Part shown: positions 1-8,795 of the stretch, piece after piece | Numbering within the stretch: the stretch's first letter is position 1 | Layout of the letters: each line of letters opens with the position of its first letter | DNA from: Streptococcus phage phiARI0598b | Sequence record: KT337362.1 | Length of the DNA: 24,000 bases | Direction: 5' to 3' (one strand) | The notes under the pieces: generated by a model | The model's input: the letters and a program-made list of their open reading frames with translations, nothing else | Told to the model about the DNA's origin: nothing | Databases searched by the model: none | Program-made: the position numbers and the translations under genes

Positions 1-1750
1 CAATCGTCTTTGCCGTCCCAGTGCCTGACGGTCTAAAAGTACCTGATGCCCACAATCCTCTGGCTAGCATCATGCGCTTTGTACCCCGGATATAATTCCT
101 ACCCCCGACCTGCACACTCGCTATCCGACTAGCCAGCTCCTCAGCTGTTTGCGTGAGTTCTGACTTGCTGGCTTTACCATTGGCCAAGTTGGTCAGTTCT
201 GACAGTCTACGAGCCGTCGTCTCCTCATACGTCGCTTGCGCTGACTTCACGCCAGACAGTTCATTTTTAGTCCGGCTAAGTACTTCAACTTGCTTGGCAA
301 TCTCAGTTTCAGCCTGTGCTTGCTTCGGTCGAATATCATTCGCGATAGTCCGTTTCAGAGCGTCCAAGTCACCCGACAGAGCCGTTTGTGCGCTCGTAGT
401 CTGCGACTTAAACGCTTCAAGTCTAGCGACAGAATCCAGTCCAATCCGCTTAGCTTCCTGTGCAAGCAGGGTACTTGCGCCAGCATTTCGCAAAGCTTCC
501 TCAGCCTTGCGCTTAGTTTCTTTCAATGGCCCGTTGTCAAAGCTATTAAAGCGCTGATTGATAGTGTCAGACAGTTCTCTCTTGACTTCTTCAGCTCTGG
601 CTTTGGCAAGTTCGATGGCATCCGTGATAGCTTTCTCACGTTTGTCAAATTCAGCGTCAAAGGCTGCGTCTGCTGCTTCTATCTGCGCTTGGATTTTGGC
701 TTCAATGCCATCTTGTTGCTTAATCTGCTTGGTAATCGTACCCTCGTAAGAATACTGCGTATCATTTCCAGCTTTACTATCTGCGCTGATACGACCTCTT
801 AGACCACCTTTGAAAGTAAAGCTCTGACTTAAGACAGGAACTTTAAAGGTTTCTTTCTTGTTGGTCTGAATGGTTACCCACTGCCCAACCTCAAGCAGTA
901 AATGCCCTTGGTAGTTGAGATTATACGGATAGTAAGTTAGGTTTTTCAGTTTGTAATACAGGTCATTTAAAGCGCTCTGGGTCATGAAGACATTGTCCAG
1001 TTCCAAAGACCGGCCTGTCTTCATACCGACCGTCAGAGACTTCTTGTCCGTCTTACAAGTGATACCAGCTATCTGATACTCAATCTCACTCTTGGTCAAG
1101 CCATGCAAGAAATAACTGTCAGCGTTGATCGTGATATTGGACTCAGTCAAATCACGGATTTCCATCTTGCCTTCTCTGTTGAAGAAACAAGACATCCCAA
1201 TCACCTGAGTCATAGCGCTCAGCATATCCCTAAAGGAAAGTTTCTTGCCCTCAGGAACTTGCTCAATATGATAACGCATCGCGCTGATTCCGAAATAGTC
1301 ATTCGCTAACTCAATGCCTGTTTTCAGGCAGATTTCCTGAATAACCTCTCGTACTTCAGCTGGGAAATGCAAATCCGTCACGTACTCACGATTGAGCTTA
1401 AACATACCGTCCATAAGTTCAAGTGTGGTTGTGTTGCGGTTTCGGTCAATCTCAATATCGTTGATGAAGTATTCCCCCATCTTGACCCACTGGTAGGTAT
1501 CCCCAACCAGTAGACCAATCTCAGGGTGCAGGGTATCCAGCTTATTGAACGTGGTAATGATACTGGTAAAGGTAATTTTACCGCTACCAGCGCAGGTTCC
1601 ACCAGGCTTATAAGTATCGCCCTTGATGTAGCCATACTCAAAACTAGCCTCTTTGATATCCCGTGAAGCATATTCACCAACACGAATAGCCAGCGTCCTT
1701 TCCTTGGCAAACATGGCTCTGTCAAATTGTCGTCTAGTTAAAGCGTCCAT
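1..1750 (-). CDS. Phage tail-associated / minor structural protein (tail tip, prophage endopeptidase-like region), 3' end beyond window
   Basis: Open minus-strand frame from ATG at 1750 (MDALTRRQFDRAMFAKERTLAIRVGEYASRDIKEASFEYGYIKGDTYKPGGTCAGSGKITF...) continues without stop to position 1. It lies directly after the tape measure and a small tail protein. The track misses it because it runs off the edge. Confidence 0.8.
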   Translation of the reverse strand, partial: MDALTRRQFDRAMFAKERTLAIRVGEYASRDIKEASFEYGYIKGDTYKPGGTCAGSGKITFTSIITTFNKLDTLHPEIGLLVGDTYQWVKMGEYFINDIEIDRNRNTTTLELMDGMFKLNREYVTDLHFPAEVREVIQEICLKTGIELANDYFGISAMRYHIEQVPEGKKLSFRDMLSAMTQVIGMSCFFNREGKMEIRDLTESNITINADSYFLHGLTKSEIEYQIAGITCKTDKKSLTVGMKTGRSLELDNVFMTQSALNDLYYKLKNLTYYPYNLNYQGHLLLEVGQWVTIQTNKKETFKVPVLSQSFTFKGGLRGRISADSKAGNDTQYSYEGTITKQIKQQDGIEAKIQAQIEAADAAFDAEFDKREKAITDAIELAKARAEEVKRELSDTINQRFNSFDNGPLKETKRKAEEALRNAGASTLLAQEAKRIGLDSVARLEAFKSQTTSAQTALSGDLDALKRTIANDIRPKQAQAETEIAKQVEVLSRTKNELSGVKSAQATYEETTARRLSELTNLANGKASKSELTQTAEELASRIASVQVGGRNYIRGTKRMMLARGLWASGTFRPSGTGTAKTI

Positions 1751-1754
1751 TTTC

Positions 1755-2105
1755 TTACCTCTCTACCAGATTAAATTTAGCGCCAGACCAAGGTTTAAAC
1801 TTCTCAGTAAAGGTATAGCTAGGAGCTGTCCTATCACCGACATAGAAAGTCTTTGTGACTTGGCCATCCATGGGGTCTGGATAAGATACCTCAAAAAATT
1901 TAGATGATACAGCATGTAAAAGCTGACTTATTTCTCCCTGAGTCATCATACCCCATTCACAGTCTAGTTTGCGTTTGGTCGTGATACGGTCACGCACCAT
2001 GTCGCCATTGGCATTACGCCCTGTCTCTCCATCGATATCTTGAATACCGACTTGAAAATATTTGGGAGGCTTCACAGCCACCCCATTGATTGTCAATTGT
2101 GCCAT
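1755..2105 (-). CDS. Small phage tail protein (DUF6711-like)
   Basis: 116 aa, 'MAQLTINGVAVKPPKYFQVGIQDIDGETGRNANGDMVRDRITTKRKLDCEW...', between the tape measure and the tail-associated protein. Confidence 0.7.
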   Translation of the reverse strand: MAQLTINGVAVKPPKYFQVGIQDIDGETGRNANGDMVRDRITTKRKLDCEWGMMTQGEISQLLHAVSSKFFEVSYPDPMDGQVTKTFYVGDRTAPSYTFTEKFKPWSGAKFNLVER

Positions 2106-2113
2106 TTAACCTC

Positions 2114-5100
2114 CTAAATCTTGAGCAAGGTTTGACCTGCTCGTTCATGCTCCTTGTTGATTTCTTGGATGGCTACCCGTCCGAACTCATGGCCTGCGAT
2201 TTGGATAACGATGTCGCCGTCGCCAGAGAATCCACCTTGTGGACTAACACCAGCCATGGCATTTACTACCGCACTGCTGACTACTCGTCCAAGTGTTTGG
2301 ATAAATCCTGTATTTTCAAGTGGTACGACCGCCTCTTTACCAGCTTCACCAATCATGGCGATTGTTGGACTATCGACGATACCACCACGGGCAAGACGAG
2401 GGAGGCTAACTGTACTTACACTACCAACCCATCCTAGACCAGGTAAGTTTCTGACAACGCCTAAAACTCCATTAATCATTCCGATGAAGCCATTGACTAC
2501 ATTTTCAATCGTTCCAAGAACCGCATTGACCGCACTCTTAAACGCTCCACCTACTGCCTCGCCGACCATCTGACCAGCATTAACGAAGATACTTTTGACA
2601 GTATCCCAAACGCCTTTAAAGAAGTCTCCGATAGAGCTAAAGGCATTTTTAACAGCGTCAAAAGCTTTTCCGAATATATCGCCAAACCAGCTTGCTACTT
2701 TGGAAAGTGCACTTGTAACATCGTTCCATCTCTCGCCAAACCAAGAACCTAGTTTGCTAAAGATGTTTGTTAAGCCAGTCCATGCTTTTTGGAACATGTC
2801 AGTAAACCATGCCCCGATATTAGCCAACGCACTAGTCACATCTGCCCAACGTTGTCCGAACCATGAGCCGATTGGTGTGAAGATATTAACGATAGCGTCC
2901 CATGCACCTTGGAATACACCAGAGAACCACTCTCCGATGCCAGAGAATATGTTTACAATGGCGTCCCATGCTTGCTGGAATTTCTCGCCAAACCATTGAC
3001 CTATCGGCTCAAAGATTTCTTGTAGTTTCGTCCATAGACCGCTGAAAAATTCGCCAATCGCTTGACAAATACCACTGATAAAATCACATAGTCCTTGCCA
3101 TGCAGTTTTAGCAAACTCAACAACAGTGTCCCAGTTTTGATAGAGCAAAACACCAATAGCAATCAAAGCTGCGATTGCTGCAATAATCCATGTTATTGGA
3201 CTTGTCAAAACTGCTAACGCTGCATTAAAAGCCCATGTTGCAGCTGTAGCGACTCCTGCTGCAACAGAATGTGCAAATTCCGCCGCGGTTGCTAATCCCA
3301 TTTTCGCTGCATGAGCAGTCCATGCTAGAGCTGATTTACCAAGTTCTAAAGCAGTTTTTCCTAGCTGTGCAATTGTTTTACCTGAATTGACCACAAAATC
3401 TTTTGCATATAAGGTGTTCAAATAGATTGTTTCACCAAAACTGACCAACTTATCAAATGTCAATGCTTTAATAGCAAGACCTAGATTCTTAATCCCTCCA
3501 ACAATCAAAGAGACCTTACTACCTAACAAGCTGAATGCTCCTGCAAGTCCTCCAGCTTGTTCTGCCCATGATAAGAAATTAATCGTTTGCCAAGTTGTTA
3601 TCAAAGCTACGATAGGTTCTTTGTTTTCTTTACACCAGTCAGAAAAAACGGTGAAACCATCTGCCACTAACTTAATAGCATCCGCCAATAGTCCCAAAGT
3701 GGCTAAAAGGCCACCTCCTAATAAATCTGAAATTCCTTCAATACTAACACCGAATACTCCTGATAAAAACTCAGCAAAAGGTTGCCAGGAATTCTCCCAG
3801 AGAATCTGAATAATGTCAATTAGCCCATTAAAAGCATTAGCAATAGAGTTAATAGCAGGGACTACATGTTCATCATAAACACGACTTAAGCCATCGCCAA
3901 ATTTGTTAACAGACCTTTCAATGTTCTCAAATACAGGCGCAACAGTATCTAATAAACTTTGGAAGACTGATGAAATTTTAGGAGCGCTTGTCACAACGAC
4001 TTTTTCAAAACCTTTAAACAAACTTCCTGCTAATTTACTACCAACTTCAACAATGGTAGATGTCAAACTCAACAGAGTTGACACAATAGCGCTACCGATA
4101 CGAACCGCACCAGTTGAGGTAATGACGTCGTAGAAAGCACTAGAAAAGTCCTGAGCTATGTTTCCTACTGCCTCGGAAAGGTTACCAACATTATCAAACA
4201 AAGCGACTAGCGCCCTGGTAATGCGTTCTTTTTGCCTTCCAAGGCCATTTGCAATACTTTCGGCAAGGAAAACACCGATACCTAGCCCGATAGTGGTTAT
4301 TGAGCCTGTCACTTGCCCTAAAGCATAAGCAATTTTCTCAGCCATTCGGTTAAAGGCATTCACAACCCTTGGGTCAGTGGCGATTTCTCCCATTGTCTTA
4401 GCTATTTGGTCTAAGGCAGTCTTAATGCGTTTTATACCTTCTGGTCTAAATGCTGCATCAAAACCTTTCTTGAAGAGGTCAAACAACCCTTTGAGCTTAT
4501 CTCCAAGACCATCAAAAATGCTCTTGAATTTGTTGTCCATGTCGGTCAACTCGACTTCTGGCAAGATGTCTTTGAAAGGTCCGCCACCGCCTCCCTTTCC
4601 TTTACCACCTTTGCCACCGCCTCCAGAACCGCCTGCGTCGTCATCTTTTGGTTTTTGCAAGATGTTAATCTCATCAAATCCCAAAAGACCTAGCAACTCT
4701 TTAGCGGCCTTCTTAGCGTTTTTGGCGGAGTCTCCAAGATTGTCAGCAAGTCCTCCTGCTGAATCTCCAGCGTCGTCTACTGCGTCAGCAAGGTCTCCTG
4801 CTCCGCCTGCAGCATCCTTCATGGCGTTACCCATGTCTCCAACTGCTCCACCAACACCATCTTTTACCGTAGCTTTCTTGTTGAACATTAAAGCTATAAA
4901 CTCCGCAAGTTTAGCAGTAACATTCTTTAAGACCATAGCAAAAGAGTTCAAGACAGGCATAATGGCATTGATAATCGGTAACATAGAGTTACCAAGGTTC
5001 AATGCTGCGTCCTTCATCAGCGACTTAAATAGGCTGATACGACCATTTACAGAATTAGACAAGGTATTCCCATACTTGGCTGTAGCCTGTTCCAGAATAG

Positions 5101-5767
5101 CCATAAGGCGGATTTGTTGCTGGGTTTGGTAATCCAACTGTTGCCAGCTCTGTCCGTTTGCGAACTTCTTAAAGGCTTCAGTAGACTCAATCATAGCCAC
5201 ATTGACGTTGATTCCTAGGTCCTCAATTGCTTCGGTGTTCCCTAGCAAACCTGAGCGAATCCGCTCCATAACGTCTGTAATCGTGCGCCCTGAACCTTCA
5301 GCAACCACTGCCGATGTCTGCAACATCTTAGCGGTATAGGCGCTTAGCTTGTTGGTATCTTTGATAAACCCAGAAAATAAGTTTGAGTAGACCGCACCGT
5401 AGTTAGTAGCCTCACCCACCCCCATATTCATAGCGTTGGCGTTATCGTTAACCCATTTTAAGAAAGATTGCGAACTCTCTCCCATCTGTCGCTTGATTTG
5501 GTTCATAGACGCTGATACTTCAAGAGCCGTCTGCGTTGAATACATCCCAACATCAAGTAATTTCTTACCAAGGATTGCAAAACCAGCGAACTTAGCCAGC
5601 TTACCAAACGCACTACCGATTGAGTTCGACTGTTCACGAACTTTAGCAGTGGCATTTTTCACTTGGTCAGATGTTCCTTTGACCTGATTCTCAACTTCTT
5701 TCATCTTCTTCCTGAAAGGCGCTATCTCAGCGTCAATCATGACCTTCAATTCATCAAGAGTTGCCAT
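2114..5767 (-). CDS. Phage tail tape measure protein
   Basis: 1217 aa, largest ORF in the tail module. Coiled-coil N-terminus, hydrophobic segments, Gly-rich linker and tandem WF repeats near the C-terminus. Confidence 0.96.
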   Translation of the reverse strand: MATLDELKVMIDAEIAPFRKKMKEVENQVKGTSDQVKNATAKVREQSNSIGSAFGKLAKFAGFAILGKKLLDVGMYSTQTALEVSASMNQIKRQMGESSQSFLKWVNDNANAMNMGVGEATNYGAVYSNLFSGFIKDTNKLSAYTAKMLQTSAVVAEGSGRTITDVMERIRSGLLGNTEAIEDLGINVNVAMIESTEAFKKFANGQSWQQLDYQTQQQIRLMAILEQATAKYGNTLSNSVNGRISLFKSLMKDAALNLGNSMLPIINAIMPVLNSFAMVLKNVTAKLAEFIALMFNKKATVKDGVGGAVGDMGNAMKDAAGGAGDLADAVDDAGDSAGGLADNLGDSAKNAKKAAKELLGLLGFDEINILQKPKDDDAGGSGGGGKGGKGKGGGGGPFKDILPEVELTDMDNKFKSIFDGLGDKLKGLFDLFKKGFDAAFRPEGIKRIKTALDQIAKTMGEIATDPRVVNAFNRMAEKIAYALGQVTGSITTIGLGIGVFLAESIANGLGRQKERITRALVALFDNVGNLSEAVGNIAQDFSSAFYDVITSTGAVRIGSAIVSTLLSLTSTIVEVGSKLAGSLFKGFEKVVVTSAPKISSVFQSLLDTVAPVFENIERSVNKFGDGLSRVYDEHVVPAINSIANAFNGLIDIIQILWENSWQPFAEFLSGVFGVSIEGISDLLGGGLLATLGLLADAIKLVADGFTVFSDWCKENKEPIVALITTWQTINFLSWAEQAGGLAGAFSLLGSKVSLIVGGIKNLGLAIKALTFDKLVSFGETIYLNTLYAKDFVVNSGKTIAQLGKTALELGKSALAWTAHAAKMGLATAAEFAHSVAAGVATAATWAFNAALAVLTSPITWIIAAIAALIAIGVLLYQNWDTVVEFAKTAWQGLCDFISGICQAIGEFFSGLWTKLQEIFEPIGQWFGEKFQQAWDAIVNIFSGIGEWFSGVFQGAWDAIVNIFTPIGSWFGQRWADVTSALANIGAWFTDMFQKAWTGLTNIFSKLGSWFGERWNDVTSALSKVASWFGDIFGKAFDAVKNAFSSIGDFFKGVWDTVKSIFVNAGQMVGEAVGGAFKSAVNAVLGTIENVVNGFIGMINGVLGVVRNLPGLGWVGSVSTVSLPRLARGGIVDSPTIAMIGEAGKEAVVPLENTGFIQTLGRVVSSAVVNAMAGVSPQGGFSGDGDIVIQIAGHEFGRVAIQEINKEHERAGQTLLKI
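2640..3000 (-). repeat. Tandem WF-type repeats inside the tape measure protein
   Basis: WFGEKFQQAWDAIVNIFSGIGE / WFSGVFQGAWDAIVNIFTPIGS / WFGQRWADVTSALANIGA / WFTDMFQKAWTGLTNIFSKLGS / WFGERWNDVTSALSKVAS / WFGDIFGKAFDAVKNAFSSIGD: units of 22 or 18 aa. Confidence 0.85.
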
Positions 5768-6104
5768 TCACTTCCTCCTTCCTTTTTCGATTATGTCTCT
5801 CTGCAAAATCACGCATCCGTTCCTTATGCAACAAAAGCGCTTGTCTCTGTCGTTCCTGTTCTACTGCTTGCTGTTCTTCTACAAACAACTCAGGCGCATA
5901 TTCCCAAAGCTCAACAATCTTAGCGTCATTGGACAGTAATAAGGAAACATGATTAGTTATCATTCGCGAAAGTATGTACGAGTCAATAATCTTCTCTTTA
6001 CGCTCTTGGATTTTGACACGGTTGTAGCTTTCTATCATTTCCCTGATTTCAAGCACCGTCAAATCCCAAAAATCAAGAGGCTTGCCCCCGATGTCCAAAA
6101 ACAT
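5754..6104 (-). CDS. Tail assembly chaperone, downstream (T-like) part; probably expressed mainly as a -1 frameshift fusion with the 6143..6523 ORF
   Basis: 'MFLDIGGKPLDFWDLTVLEIREMIESYNR...'. The same frame is open upstream of this ATG back to the slippery site (TRKQGQENFQEENDSRQVILTVTQIIERLYP-MFLD). The ORF overlaps the tape measure start. Confidence 0.8.
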   Translation of the reverse strand: MFLDIGGKPLDFWDLTVLEIREMIESYNRVKIQERKEKIIDSYILSRMITNHVSLLLSNDAKIVELWEYAPELFVEEQQAVEQERQRQALLLHKERMRDFAERHNRKRKEEVNGNS

Positions 6105-6142
6105 AGGATAAAGCCTCTCAATAATCTGAGTTACCGTTAAGA

Positions 6143-6523
6143 TTACTTGTCTACTGTCATTTTCTTCTTGGAAGTTTTCTTGTCCTTGCTTCCTCGTGGA
6201 GTAAAACCCGATACTTCAAAGAGTGGCATCAACACCTCTGTCATGAAGGTTGTTTGGTCTCCGCCATTGTCCACGTATTCATCGTATAAATCATAGACAT
6301 CCTCAAGAGAATACCCATGTTCATACTGCTGCAAGGCTCCGTGAACTAACAACAACATAACTTTCAAAGGCGGTAAAGTGAACTCTTCGCCAGCTTCAGG
6401 CATGAAAATCTTCAGCAAGTTCATGCCGATTTTTTCTTCCACAGTTGCAGCTTGATGAGATGTCAAACGTAGCTTCAACTCTTTTTCGTCAGTAACTTTC
6501 CAAGTTGTGTATTTTAACGCCAT
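6143..6523 (-). CDS. Tail assembly chaperone (G-like)
   Basis: 126 aa, acidic/helical, between the tail tube and T-like ORFs; contains the slippery heptamer in frame. Confidence 0.85.
   Translation of the reverse strand: MALKYTTWKVTDEKELKLRLTSHQAATVEEKIGMNLLKIFMPEAGEEFTLPPLKVMLLLVHGALQQYEHGYSLEDVYDLYDEYVDNGGDQTTFMTEVLMPLFEVSGFTPRGSKDKKTSKKKMTVDK
6203..6209 (-). other. Programmed -1 ribosomal frameshift slippery heptamer G GGT TTT
   Basis: Minus strand GTA TCG GGT TTT ACT. X XXY YYZ phasing matches the G frame. After a -1 slip, reading continues TAC TCC ACG AGG AAG... with no stop into the T-like ORF. Confidence 0.88.
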
Positions 6524-6527
6524 TTAA

Positions 6528-6941
6528 TTAACCTCCAACACCGTCTGTAAATTCCAACTCTGACTGCAAGGCAATCTTAAGTGTGAACTCGATAACGGCA
6601 TTGACACCGCCACCGCCAAGCTTAACAGATACTTGACCTTCAAATTTAACCTTAGTCCCGTCTGGATATGTTTGCTCAAAGTAGAGTTTTTTCTTGTCAT
6701 CCGCTGCCTTACGCAATACACGATAAGGAGCAGTTGCGCTTGAATTATTATAAGAGAACTTGTACTCAAGTTCTCCTACGTCCCCAATACCAAACTCGTA
6801 CTTCTTAACTTTATCTTCAAGAGTAGTATTTTCTACTTTTTCGAGTTCAATACCAAACTCTGGCACTTCTTTCAATCCAACAAGTTTAGTATAAGTTTCT
6901 TTAGATTCGCCATAAGATAGCGTAATTCCATTTGCTAACAT
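6528..6941 (-). CDS. Major tail tube protein
   Basis: 137 aa, 'MLANGITLSYGESKETYTKLVGLKEVPEFG...', syntenic position before the tail chaperones. Confidence 0.85.
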   Translation of the reverse strand: MLANGITLSYGESKETYTKLVGLKEVPEFGIELEKVENTTLEDKVKKYEFGIGDVGELEYKFSYNNSSATAPYRVLRKAADDKKKLYFEQTYPDGTKVKFEGQVSVKLGGGGVNAVIEFTLKIALQSELEFTDGVGG

Positions 6942-6943
6942 GT

Positions 6944-7312
6944 TTAATTCTCCATTCTAAATTGAAAAACAAGCTCTGAGTCTAAATCAACGACACCTTC
7001 AAAACGCATGACCTTATGTCTCAAATGAGACGGGTCTGGCACGTCTTGGCAGTCGGTTCTTCGCAAACCTAAAGACTCAAAAATCTGATTGATTTTAACA
7101 GCTAACTCACTAGTGCTGGTATCATCAAAGATATCCACCTTGTAGCGGATAGAGGATTTTTGTTCCTGGTCATCAAACCAATCACCCGGCTTGTTTTGTT
7201 CTTCTAAAAAAATAACGACTGGGAAAGTCTCCCAATCGCTAGGATAAGTATCAGTCACATTATCTGCGACCTTTTGCAATTCTTTATAAATAACAGGCTT
7301 GATATTAATCAT
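6944..7312 (-). CDS. Tail terminator / head-tail joining minor capsid protein
   Basis: 122 aa, 'MINIKPVIYKELQKVADNVTDTYPSDWETFPVVIFLEEQN...'; position and length typical. Confidence 0.7.
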   Translation of the reverse strand: MINIKPVIYKELQKVADNVTDTYPSDWETFPVVIFLEEQNKPGDWFDDQEQKSSIRYKVDIFDDTSTSELAVKINQIFESLGLRRTDCQDVPDPSHLRHKVMRFEGVVDLDSELVFQFRMEN

Positions 7313-7824
7313 TTTATTTGTTCTCTTATCTTTCTACGGACATAATTCGAAATATTCTTAGACACACGCTCTTGATTGTCTCTCAAAGCTGGATAAAGAT
7401 AAGGCTGGGCAGGTTGACCATACATCTTGTAGAACTCCCCAATCTTTTGAAAGTGGTAAGGTCCTACATTAATTTGGTCTTCATGCACATACCAAGGATT
7501 AGACTTGTAAGTCACGCTGACCTCTGGAGAGATACCCGAATGGTTAGCTTGTCCTATTGGTCCTGTTCCAAACTCAACGTAAGGAGCGTATTTTAGGTTG
7601 GTGTAAACCTCGCCTATAGCCTTATCTCCGTCCATTTTTGCCCTAGTTTTGATACTAGTTATAAGCTCTCCATCTCTCGCTGGTGCGAGTCTTCTTGCAT
7701 CTGCTTGGACAACCTTTATAGTAGCATTGTGTACCGCACGTAAGACGATATCCTCGCCAGTTTTTTTACTAGCCAATCGTCTACATTTAGCTATAAGCCT
7801 ATCTGCCCCTAGTAGCTCTGACAC
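7309..7824 (-). CDS. HK97 gp10-like head-tail protein
   Basis: 171 aa; '...LAPARDGELITSIKTRAKMDGDKAIGEVYTNLKYAPYVEFGTGPIG...PYLYPALRDNQERV' is typical of the gp10 family. Confidence 0.85.
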   Translation of the reverse strand: MSELLGADRLIAKCRRLASKKTGEDIVLRAVHNATIKVVQADARRLAPARDGELITSIKTRAKMDGDKAIGEVYTNLKYAPYVEFGTGPIGQANHSGISPEVSVTYKSNPWYVHEDQINVGPYHFQKIGEFYKMYGQPAQPYLYPALRDNQERVSKNISNYVRRKIREQIK

Positions 7825-8137
7825 GCTCTAACTCCAAAACTTGATGATGTGTGTAGACCCTTTTAGAAATGACCTTATGAGTCACTTCTGTCTGGCTATC
7901 GATACACACACCATCTTTCACTTTGATAGTAGCTGATTTGTTGGCATTGGCATTCAAAATATCATTGACACGCTCACCATACAATTCAGATTGCAACTTG
8001 CTACTAGCTGGCCACAATTCAAGACGGACTGTCTCAGCTTCCTTGGCATACCCTTCTTTTGCGACACCTTCCTCTGTGACAGTCTTTTCAAACCGTCGCA
8101 TCGGATAAGGTTTCAGTCTACTCTGCTTCAAAAACAT
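7799..8137 (-). CDS. Phage head closure / head-tail adaptor protein
   Basis: 112 aa, position between the gp6-like and gp10-like genes. Confidence 0.6.
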   Translation of the reverse strand: MFLKQSRLKPYPMRRFEKTVTEEGVAKEGYAKEAETVRLELWPASSKLQSELYGERVNDILNANANKSATIKVKDGVCIDSQTEVTHKVISKRVYTHHQVLELERVRATRGR

Positions 8138-8429
8138 GGCCTGCCACCCTTGCTAATCTGTGCATGCGTATACGCTGTAAAAGGCCCGTAGACAGGCCGT
8201 TTTCTCCGTAGACTACTGCTATACCACCTTCGGTCCTTGAATGCTCTCCTTCCGCTCCTGAGCGGTTGTGGAGCTCGATAGCAACCTCAGGTATCAAAAG
8301 ACTTAAAGCAGGTGTCAAAGATGTGCGATTAGTCTCTGACAAGATAAGATTTGTAGCCCTCGTTTGGAGCAACATGAGAAGCTGAGTATCTTCTTCGCCT
8401 GTCATTTTCTTCAGCAACTCTATAGACAT
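8118..8429 (-). CDS. Head-tail connector (gp6/DUF3199-like)
   Basis: 103 aa, 'MSIELLKKMTGEEDTQLLMLLQTRATNLILSETNRTSLTPALSLLIPEVAIELHNRSGAEGEHSRTEGGI...'. Confidence 0.75.
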   Translation of the reverse strand: MSIELLKKMTGEEDTQLLMLLQTRATNLILSETNRTSLTPALSLLIPEVAIELHNRSGAEGEHSRTEGGIAVVYGENGLSTGLLQRIRMHRLARVAGHVFEAE

Positions 8430-8430
8430 A

Positions 8431-8619
8431 TCAATCCTCTTCTAAGAACTCAGGTTCAGGGAGGATTTTCTCAAGAACATCTGAGATAGCGACACCGTTG
8501 CTGGCAATATTGTCAGCCAGCTCAGCATAGCGCTCCTCAGTAATCTCAAGTTCCCCTCCTGCCAGTCGTTTCACATTTGATTCCCAATCATAGAAATCTC
8601 GTTTGATTTTAAATTTCAC
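8431..8619 (-). CDS. Small hypothetical phage head-region protein
   Basis: 62 aa ORF tightly packed in the operon. Confidence 0.6.
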   Translation of the reverse strand: MKFKIKRDFYDWESNVKRLAGGELEITEERYAELADNIASNGVAISDVLEKILPEPEFLEED

Positions 8620-8791
8620 TTTTTAAATCCTCCAGCACCTCTACAATTTCGGCTTTTGATAACTTATAGGCGCCAGCTATGCCAGCTTCTTTGGCTAGAT
8701 TCTTCAACTCTTCTAGAGTCTTATTCTCTAAATCAGAATACTGGCTAACCTGCTCCTCTTGGATATAATGACGTCGTAGCAATAAGCTCAT
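8609..8791 (-). CDS. Rho termination factor N-terminal / HeH-LEM-like domain protein
   Basis: '...ENKTLEELKNLAKEAGIAGAYKLSKAEIVEVLEDLKSEI'. Start set at the internal ATG (MSLLLRRHYIQ) at 8791, preceded by GAGGGGTGA, rather than the track start at 8806. Confidence 0.75.
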   Translation of the reverse strand: MSLLLRRHYIQEEQVSQYSDLENKTLEELKNLAKEAGIAGAYKLSKAEIVEVLEDLKSEI

Positions 8792-8795
8792 GCCG

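Noticed and set aside
1378-1725. Minus ORF of 115 aa in the track
   Set aside because: Out-of-frame shadow inside the true tail-associated CDS (1..1750).
2090-5132. Plus-strand ORFs antisense to the tape measure gene (e.g. 2154..2573, 2595..2999, 4377..5132)
   Set aside because: Low-complexity, proline/threonine/serine-rich shadow translations of repetitive coding DNA. No RBS pattern, and the opposite strand carries the clear TMP.
6524-6769. Minus ORF of 81 aa
   Set aside because: Alternative frame within the tail tube gene 6528..6941, with no independent support.
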